This document shows positions 17,571 through 24,000 of a stretch of 24,000 bases of DNA, piece by piece. The notes beneath the pieces are model-generated. The model ran no database searches. It was not told the origin of the DNA and saw only the letters and a program-made list of their open reading frames with translations. Source of the DNA: an uncultured Chloroflexia bacterium (GTDB lineage Bacteria > Chloroflexota > Anaerolineae > Ardenticatenales > Ardenticatenaceae). A program made the position numbers and the translations under genes. The stretch covers positions 207,668 through 231,667 of the forward strand of contig CAVRLZ010000030.1 in the NCBI GenBank assembly GCA_963721895.1. Reading direction: 5' to 3'. Position 1 is the stretch's first letter. The number at the start of each line of letters is the position of its first letter.

Positions 17571-18669
17571 TGCGCTGCGTCTCGCTTCCGTTGGCCAGAT
17601 CGTGCAGCATCGCTTCCACACGCGCCGCCGCATCCGGTCGGGCTGCTGCCCGCATGACGTCCCGCATCCCTGCTAGCCTTTCCTCGTCTGCCAGCAGACC
17701 CTGCACCATCGGCAGCAGTGCCTGGCGAACATGCTCGTCTGCCAGCACCCTCGCGCCGCCGCGCGCCTCCAGCCAGCGAGCGTTGTCCTCCTGGTTCACG
17801 CCCGCCACGGGGAACGGGACCAGGATGGCGGGTAGCCCTGCGGCGGGAAGTTCCCCCAGCACCGACGCCCCCGCCCGCGCCACCGCCAGATCCGCTGCCA
17901 GCAAAGCGTGCGGCATCGTCTCGTGCAGGTACTCATACAGGTGGTAGCGCTCGCGCAGGGCCAGTGGTAGCTCCGCCCGTTGCTGGGCCAGCCACTTGCC
18001 ATCGCTTTTGCCATGTACGTGGACGACCTGCGCCATCTGTACGTACTCCAGCAAGGAAAGGCCGAGCGCCTCGTTCAAGCTGTGTGACCCCTGGCTGCCG
18101 CCCATGACCAGCAGTACCTTGTCGCTCTGCGATAAGCCTAGCCGCTCGCGCGCCATCGCCCTGGAGGGCGGGTGGGCTAGCGCTTGCCGCACGGGATACC
18201 CGGTCACCACCGCCTTGCTGCCGAACCAGCGGACCGTGTCCGAGGTGGTCACCGCCACCCGATTGGCAAGCGGGGCGAGCGCTCGGATGGCCAGCCCCGG
18301 CACGATATCTGGCAGATAGATGGCGATGGGGATGCGCTGCAGCCAGGCTGCCAGCCCCACGGGAAAGGTCACATAGCCCCCTGTCGCAAAGACCACGTCG
18401 GGGCGAAAGGCGCGCAGCACGCCCCACGCCTCCCCAAAGCCACGGCTTAGCAACACGCTGTTTCGCAGCCGCGCCCCCCACCCCATCGAAGCCAGCCCCC
18501 CTGCCGAGATGGAGCGGTAGGGGATGCCCGCGCGCTCCACCAGTGGCCCTTCCAGCCCCCCCTGCTTTCCCACCCAGAGAATTTCCGGCCTGGGCTGCCA
18601 TGCTTCCAGCACGCTGAGCGCTGGGTACACGTGCCCGCCCGTACCGCCGCCTGTCACCAGCAATCGCAT
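17563..18669 (-). CDS. murG: Undecaprenyldiphospho-muramoylpentapeptide beta-N-acetylglucosaminyltransferase
   Basis: 368 aa GT28 protein with LLVTGGGTGGHVYPALSV and LVMGGSQGS. It sits in the conserved position between ftsW and murC. Confidence 0.96.
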   Translation of the reverse strand: MRLLVTGGGTGGHVYPALSVLEAWQPRPEILWVGKQGGLEGPLVERAGIPYRSISAGGLASMGWGARLRNSVLLSRGFGEAWGVLRAFRPDVVFATGGYVTFPVGLAAWLQRIPIAIYLPDIVPGLAIRALAPLANRVAVTTSDTVRWFGSKAVVTGYPVRQALAHPPSRAMARERLGLSQSDKVLLVMGGSQGSHSLNEALGLSLLEYVQMAQVVHVHGKSDGKWLAQQRAELPLALRERYHLYEYLHETMPHALLAADLAVARAGASVLGELPAAGLPAILVPFPVAGVNQEDNARWLEARGGARVLADEHVRQALLPMVQGLLADEERLAGMRDVMRAAARPDAAARVEAMLHDLANGSETQRNG

Positions 18670-18672
18670 GGA

Positions 18673-19839
18673 TTACTCTGTTGCTGGCGCGGGAAGCGCG
18701 CGCGAGATGTTCAGCAACAGACCGATGCCTGCCAGCGCCGTGATCAGCCCACTACCGCCAAAGGAGATAAAGGGCAGCGGAATGCCTGTTGGCGGGATGG
18801 TGTTGGTCACCACAGCGAAGTTGAAAAGCGCTTGATACAGGAGCCAGCAGCTGATGCCGCTTGCCAGTACCGTGCCAAAGGCGTCGGGCGCGGTGGCCGC
18901 GATGCGAAAGCCCCGATACGCCAACAGTAAGAACAGGCCGAGCACCAGCAGGCAGGTGAGCAGCCCCAACTCTTGCCCGATGATCGCCACGATGGCGTCG
19001 GTATGGGCAGCAGGCAGCGCCAGCAGGTTGCCCTTGCTGCTCCCTAACCCTTCGCCCATGAGGCCCCCCTGCGCGAGCGAGTAGAGCACCTGGGTGGTCT
19101 GATACCCCTGTTCGCTTTCCAGGGCCCAGGGGTCGCGCCAGACCACGAAGCGCTCCATACGGTAGGCGGCACTTTGCGCGACCCCGTAGGCCAATAGGGC
19201 GGCGGCACTGCCGCTGACTGTCAGCTGGATGATATCGGCCCCGGCTACAAAGAACATCGTCGTAGCCACCACGCCCACCAGCAGCGCGGTCGAGAAGCTT
19301 GGCTGGATGAGGATGAGGCCGCACACCCCCCCGACCAGGATGATGAAGGGGATCAGCCCGCCCTGGAAGTGGCCGATGCGCTCCTGCTTGGAGGAGGACC
19401 AGTGGGCCACGTACAGGATCGTTGCCAGCTTGGCAGCCTCTGATGGCTGCACGGAGCCGCCTGCCAGGAGCCAGCGTGCTGCCCCGAACGAGGTCTGGCC
19501 GATAAAGAACATAGCCATCAGAATGAGTACGGTGCCCCCCATGATGACGAGGCTCCATCGCTGCCAGACGCGGTAATCAATGATCCACAGCACCAGCATG
19601 GCCAGCGCGCCTACCCCCGCCCAGGTGAGTTGGCGCACCAGATACACTGTGGTTTCGCCTGAAAAGTTATAGTAGGAAAGGGCGTAGGTCGAGCTGTAGA
19701 CCATCAGCAGGCCTAGCGTTACCAGCGCGACGACCGTGGCCAACAGCCACCAATCGCTGCTGCGCCCTGGCTTTGCCCCGGCCTTGCGACGCTTGCTCTG
19801 CTGGGTGGATGATAGAGGGGGAAGTGCTGCTTGTGCCAT
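18673..19839 (-). CDS. ftsW: SEDS-family peptidoglycan glycosyltransferase FtsW
   Basis: 388 aa with about 10 TM helices. Motifs: QPSEAAKLATILY, HTDAIVAIIGQELG and PPTGIPLPFISFGGSGL. It sits in the dcw position between murD and murG. Confidence 0.93.
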   Translation of the reverse strand: MAQAALPPLSSTQQSKRRKAGAKPGRSSDWWLLATVVALVTLGLLMVYSSTYALSYYNFSGETTVYLVRQLTWAGVGALAMLVLWIIDYRVWQRWSLVIMGGTVLILMAMFFIGQTSFGAARWLLAGGSVQPSEAAKLATILYVAHWSSSKQERIGHFQGGLIPFIILVGGVCGLILIQPSFSTALLVGVVATTMFFVAGADIIQLTVSGSAAALLAYGVAQSAAYRMERFVVWRDPWALESEQGYQTTQVLYSLAQGGLMGEGLGSSKGNLLALPAAHTDAIVAIIGQELGLLTCLLVLGLFLLLAYRGFRIAATAPDAFGTVLASGISCWLLYQALFNFAVVTNTIPPTGIPLPFISFGGSGLITALAGIGLLLNISRALPAPATE

Positions 19840-19845
19840 GTTCGT

Positions 19846-21239
19846 TTAATAGTCCAACGATAGCTGATTGACGAGGTGGCGGAACTGCTCGCCACGCGCC
19901 TCGTAGTCTTTGTAAGCGTCGAACGAGGTGCCGCTCGGGCTGAGCAGCACCACATCGCCTGGCTGCGCGATGGCACTGGCCTGTGTCACCGCCTCCTCCA
20001 GCGTCGCGCAGGCGGTCGGGGAACGCTCCGCCCGCTCCCGTTCAATTGCTGCTGGGCTTCCAGCACCGCCTGCTCGATCAGCGGTGCCATCTCGCCGAAG
20101 GTAACCAGGTGCTTCACGCGGGTCACGATCTCGCGCCCCATCTCATCCATCGGCAGATGCTTGTCCCGCCCGCCCGCCAGCAGGATGATCGGTGCGTTGG
20201 GGAAGGCGCGCAGGGCCGCCAGGGTTCGGTCCGGGCTGGTGGCAATCGAATCGTTGATCCAGCGCACGCCTCCCACCTCGCGCACCCGCTCCAGGCGGTG
20301 CGCGACGCCGGCAAAGGTTTCCCCCACGCGCGCGGCACTTGTCGCCTTCAGCCCCGTCGCCGTCACCACGCTGATGGCAGCCAGGGCGTTTTCCAGGTTG
20401 TGGGCGCCTGGCAGGGCCAGGGCCTCCACAGGCATGATGCGCTCCGCCCTGCCGCCATGCTTCACTACGATCCAGCCCTCTTCCACGCAGGTGCCATCGT
20501 TCAGGCACTCCTGGCGGCTGAACCACAGCACGCGCGCCTCGGTCAGCGTGGCCAGTTCGCGTACCTCTGGGTCGTCCCAGTTCAGCACCGCCACGTCGTC
20601 GGCGCTTTGAAAGCGCAGGATGTTCGCTTTGGCCGCCTTGTAGGCCTCGTACGAAGGGTGACGATCCAGATGATTGGGGCGCAGGTTGGTGATGACCGCC
20701 ACATGGGGGCTGCGGCTCAGGTGCTCCAATTGGAAGCTAGACATTTCTAGCACCACCCAATCGCTGGCCTTCATCTCTTCAACATGTTCGATGAGCGGGC
20801 GGCCCATATTGCCGCCGACCCAAATTTTGCGCCGCCGATCTACCTTCAGCATCTCGCCGATGAGCGTGGTGGTGGTCGTCTTGCCGCTGGACCCCGTGAT
20901 GCCGATGATAGGCGCGGGGCAGAGCTGGAAGAGCAATTCCGTCTCGCTGGACAGCGGCAGCCCCCGGTGACGCGCCTTTTGCAGGATCGGGATTTCCCGC
21001 GGAACCCCGGGGCTGACGAACAGCATATCCGCCTCCAGAATGTCGTCCGGGTGGCCACGCAGCACTGCCTGAATGGGCAACCCCGCCAACTGACCGATCT
21101 CGGCAGCCAGGTCAGCGATACCGCGCATGTCGCTCACCGTCACGCGCGCGCCCTCGCGCGCCAGAAAGCGCGCCAGCGCCGTTCCCTCGCGTGCCATGCC
21201 AATGATCGTCACCCGCCGGTCAGCAAATGTGGTGTTCAT
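19846..21239 (-). pseudogene. murD: UDP-N-acetylmuramoylalanine--D-glutamate ligase, with a -1 frame change near 20010-20046
   Basis: The main frame (track ORF 19986..21257) carries VTIIGMAREGTALARFL and GITGSSGKTTTT but ends in the non-homologous ...SVPRPPARRWRRR*. The conserved MurD C-terminus ATLEEAVTQASAIAQPGDVVLLSPSGTSFDAYKDYEARGEQFRHLV is in another frame and ends at TAA 19846-19848, 6 nt before the ftsW start. The span is 1394 nt (3n+2). An alternative GTG start is at 21257. Confidence 0.88.
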
Positions 21240-21258
21240 CTCCTCGCTCCGTTCCACG

Positions 21259-22275
21259 CTACAGCATTGCCAGCGCGACGCCCATCATCCCAGCCAGCAT
21301 CGAAACGATCCAGAAGCGCTGCACAATCTGCACCTCGCTCCATCCGAGTAGCTCGAAGTGGTGGTGCAGCGGCGCCATCTTGAAGATACGTTTGCCCGTT
21401 CCCGTACGCCGCTTGGTCCACTTGAAATAACTTGTCTGGAGCAGCGAACTGCCTGCAATGGCAACAAAGACGATGCCCACGATGGGCAACAACGGCCACT
21501 GCAGCGTCATCAGCGCCACCGTGCTCAACGTGGCGCCAATCGCCAGCGAGCCCGTGTCCCCCATGAACAGCTGGGCGGGGTAAGAGTTGAACCAGAGAAA
21601 GGCCAGGGTACCCCCCGCCATGCAGAAGCAGAAGGTAGCGAGGTGGACATTCCCCTGCCGCAGCGCGATCACGCCGTAGCTGGCAAAACTAATGGCAGCG
21701 GTGCCGCCCACCATCCCATCCAGCCCATCCGCCAGATTGACTGCGTTCGAGAACCCAACAATGATGAACATGGCGACGGGTACATAGAACCAGATAGGCA
21801 GGTTGATTTGAAAGGGGATGGTCGGAAAGACCACCTTGCCCAGGTCCAGCAACCCGGGATGGTACAGGATCAGAGAGGCCACCAGTGCCATGATCGTCTG
21901 CCAGATAAGCTTTTGGCGCGGCAGGATCCCTTCTTTGGCCTTCCCCTGCCGTTTTTGTCGCTGCTTGGCCACGTCGTCGAGCACGCCGAGCGCCCCACCA
22001 AAGATCAGCATTCCCAGCGGCAGGGCCAGCGACGGATAGCGGGGCATGATCAGCAGCGAGCAAAAGATAGTGGTAGGCAGCAGGATCATGAGGCCCCCCA
22101 TGGTGGGGGTGCCTGCCTTGGAAAAGTGCGTTTGCGGCCCCTCGAGCCGGATGGCTTCGCCGATCTGCCGTCGCCGTAGGTAGTTGATCAGGGGGGAGCC
22201 CCAGACTACGGCGAACAAGAAGGAGGCAAAGCCAAGCGCCAGCGCAAGGGCGGTGTCCGGGCGGAAGAGGGTCAA
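21259..22275 (-). CDS. mraY: Phospho-N-acetylmuramoyl-pentapeptide transferase
   Basis: 338 aa. Motifs: GTPTMGG, NAVNLADGLDG, MGDTGSLAIGA and APLHHHFE. The TTG start overlaps the murF stop (TTGA). Confidence 0.95.
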   Translation of the reverse strand: MTLFRPDTALALALGFASFLFAVVWGSPLINYLRRRQIGEAIRLEGPQTHFSKAGTPTMGGLMILLPTTIFCSLLIMPRYPSLALPLGMLIFGGALGVLDDVAKQRQKRQGKAKEGILPRQKLIWQTIMALVASLILYHPGLLDLGKVVFPTIPFQINLPIWFYVPVAMFIIVGFSNAVNLADGLDGMVGGTAAISFASYGVIALRQGNVHLATFCFCMAGGTLAFLWFNSYPAQLFMGDTGSLAIGATLSTVALMTLQWPLLPIVGIVFVAIAGSSLLQTSYFKWTKRRTGTGKRIFKMAPLHHHFELLGWSEVQIVQRFWIVSMLAGMMGVALAML

Positions 22276-23724
22276 GGGGCTCCCTCAGCGATGCTAAGCC
22301 AGCTCACCAACTCGTCCAGCCGCAGCGCCCGCGATCCCTTGACCAGCACCATGTCGCCCGGTTGAAGATGGGTGCGGAGCCAGGCTGCCGCCTCCTGGCG
22401 AGTGGCGGCGGCAAACGTGGCAGCGGCAGGCAGCCCGGCGTCCTGCGCCTCAGCTACCATCTCCGCCGCCATCTCGCCCACTGCCACAAAGAGGCTGGCC
22501 ACGAGGGCCGCGCGCCGCGCGGCCAGGGCGTGCCCTTCGGCATGATAGGCACCCAGTTCTCGCATGTCCCCCAGCACAGCGATGCGCCGTCCGTCCAGGT
22601 CTTGAAGCAGATTGAGCGCGGCCAGCACGCTGTCCGGGCTGGCGTTGTAGCTGTCGTCCAGGATAGTGGAGCCATTGATCCCCTCCACGACGACGATGCG
22701 CAGCACATCCAGTCTTGGCGATGTCTTTCAAGCCGGAAACAATCTCGGCCCAGCTTTGCCCCTGAGAGAGCCCCACGCTTGCGGCAGCCAGCGCGGAGTG
22801 GACGCTGTGCCGCCCAAGCAGGGGAAGCCGCGCCACCACGCTGCTTTGTCCGTAGTGAAAGCGAAAGGCGATTCCGTCTAAGCCATGACTGGTGATCTCG
22901 TCTGCCCAGAGCGAGAAGGTGGGCTGAAGCCCATAGGTAAAGACTGTGCCCTGGGTCCGATCGGCCATGGCGAGGACGCGCTCATCGTCGCCGTTCAAAA
23001 TTGCGATGGAGCCGTCGGCCAAACTTTCTACCAACTCCGCCTTGGCATCGGCAATCGCCTCGATGGAACCAAGCTGCATCATGTGGGCACTGCCCACGTT
23101 GGTCACTACCCCGATGTCGGGGCGCACCAGGGCGGCCAGTTCACGAATCTCGCCTGCGCGCGTCATGCCCATCTCCACCACCGCCCGCTCGGTATCCAGG
23201 GGCATGTCCAGCAGGGTGAGGGGCAGGCCGATATCGCTGTTAAAGTTGCCGCGGCTTTTCCACACCCGGAAGCGATTTTCCAGCACCACGCTGGTTAGCT
23301 CTTTGACTGTGGTCTTTCCCACCGAGCCGGTGATGCCTATCACCTTCAACTCGGGGTTTGCCTGGTTGCGCCACCAGGCGGCCAGGGCCTGCATTGCCGC
23401 CAGGCTGTCTTCCACCAGAAAGAGGAGCGGCGGCTGAAGCGATGCCGGCTCGCTCGCGCTCTCGCTCGTCAGGTCAATCACCTGGACATTCAAGCTGGCC
23501 TGGTCGGTGCGGGCACGCTCCGCTACCACGACTGCCGCTCCCCGCTGAAGCGCATCCCCTATAAATTGATGCCCATCCACCGAGCCGCCGGGCCGCGCCA
23601 CGAAGCCGCCGCCGCGCTCCACCGCCTTGCTGTGAATCACCCAGGGGGAAACGATCTGGCCGCCCATCCCTTCCGGGGCGGGGCGGCCTGTCAGCCCTGC
23701 GTAAACCTGCGCGAGAGAGATCAT
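22272..23724 (-). pseudogene. murF: UDP-N-acetylmuramoyl-tripeptide--D-alanyl-D-alanine ligase, with a +1 frame change near 22706-22733
   Basis: The N-terminal and central parts run from the ATG at 23724 (MISLAQVYAGLTG..., DGHQFIGDALQRGA, P-loop GITGSVGKTT) and are followed by junk (CAAHRRRGGDQW...). The C-terminal domain (LRIVVVEGINGSTILDDSYNASPDSVLAALNLL...GDMRELG...) is in the frame of ORF 22272..22706. The span is 1453 nt (3n+1). Confidence 0.88.
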
Positions 23725-23729
23725 GCTGA

Positions 23730-24000
23730 CTAGGGCGCTCCGTTGAGCACGGAGGGCTCCGAGGCGGGAATGGTCGTTGGCGCGGCGGGCCGCGCCATGC
23801 GGTGTGCATCCGGCGGGATGTTGTAGTAATTCAGGACGCGGCGGGCGAGTTGATTCCACACGCGGGCCGCGCTCTGCGAGCCCCACTGATAGATGCCGAG
23901 CGGCCGCTCCAGCTTTACCAGGACGATGAATGCCGGGTCATCGGCGGGGGCGAAGCCTATAAAACTGGCGATCGTGTCGGTGGCGTGGTAGCCGCCGGGG
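23730..24000 (-). CDS. Penicillin-binding protein (FtsI/PBP2-like transpeptidase), C-terminal fragment. The 5' end lies outside the window.
   Basis: My own translation of the minus strand from nt 23999 gives PGGYHATDTIASFIGFAPADDPAFIVLVKLERPLGIYQWGSQSAARVWNQLARRVLNYYNIPPD...*. This is typical of the end of a class B PBP transpeptidase domain. The stop TAG is at 23730-23732, 5 nt before the murF start. It is not in the ORF track because no start codon lies in the window. Confidence 0.8.
   Translation of the reverse strand, partial: PGGYHATDTIASFIGFAPADDPAFIVLVKLERPLGIYQWGSQSAARVWNQLARRVLNYYNIPPDAHRMARPAAPTTIPASEPSVLNGAP

Noticed and set aside
23725-23886. 5' extension of the murF ORF to 23886.
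   Set aside because: It overlaps the PBP C-terminus in another frame. The MurF-like sequence starts at MISLAQVYAGLTG (ATG at 23724).
1-24000. A scan for CRISPR arrays, tRNA/rRNA/tmRNA, transposases, integrases, IS inverted repeats, toxin-antitoxin pairs or known defence-system domains.
   Set aside because: I saw no regularly spaced direct repeats, no tRNA-like T-arm consensus, and no nuclease, ATPase or recombinase ORFs outside the features listed. Apart from the three spacers discussed, the whole window is accounted for by housekeeping and transport genes.

Overview
High-GC bacterial chromosomal window made of two convergent blocks.

Plus strand (1-9370):
- The 3' end of a NarL-type two-component pair: a histidine kinase fragment and a LuxR-type response regulator.
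- A receiver-only response regulator heading a CUT1-type sugar ABC importer operon. The operon has two permeases and a lipoprotein solute-binding protein, with no ATPase in the window.
- A tightly packed four-gene unit: a CRTAC1-like FG-GAP/ASPIC-UnbV lipoprotein, an uncharacterised polytopic membrane protein with two H-x-x-E-H motifs (its start overlaps the upstream stop), a GH4 glycosidase, and a DUF1059-like small protein.

Minus strand (9787-24000):
- A nearly complete dcw division/cell-wall cluster: PBP (3' end)-murF-mraY-murD-ftsW-murG-cvpA-like-murC-murB-ddl-ftsQ-ftsA-ftsZ.
- It ends at a strong bidirectional hairpin terminator.
- ftsA is present, which argues against Actinobacteria. 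I cannot place the taxon beyond that from sequence alone.

Most concrete observation:
- Four genes (the solute-binding protein gene, ftsQ, murD, murF) are each split by one single-base frame change.
- In each case the other frame continues as clean, conserved sequence to the natural gene end.
- This most likely reflects consensus indel errors. Real recent inactivation is the less likely alternative.

I found no CRISPR array, tRNA, rRNA, transposase/IS or recognisable defence genes, and I see no convincing novel system. The best candidates for undescribed biology are:
- the CRTAC1 / H-x-x-E-H membrane protein / GH4 / DUF1059 unit;
- the cvpA-like gene embedded in the dcw cluster;
- the roughly 416 bp structured convergent spacer downstream of ftsZ.
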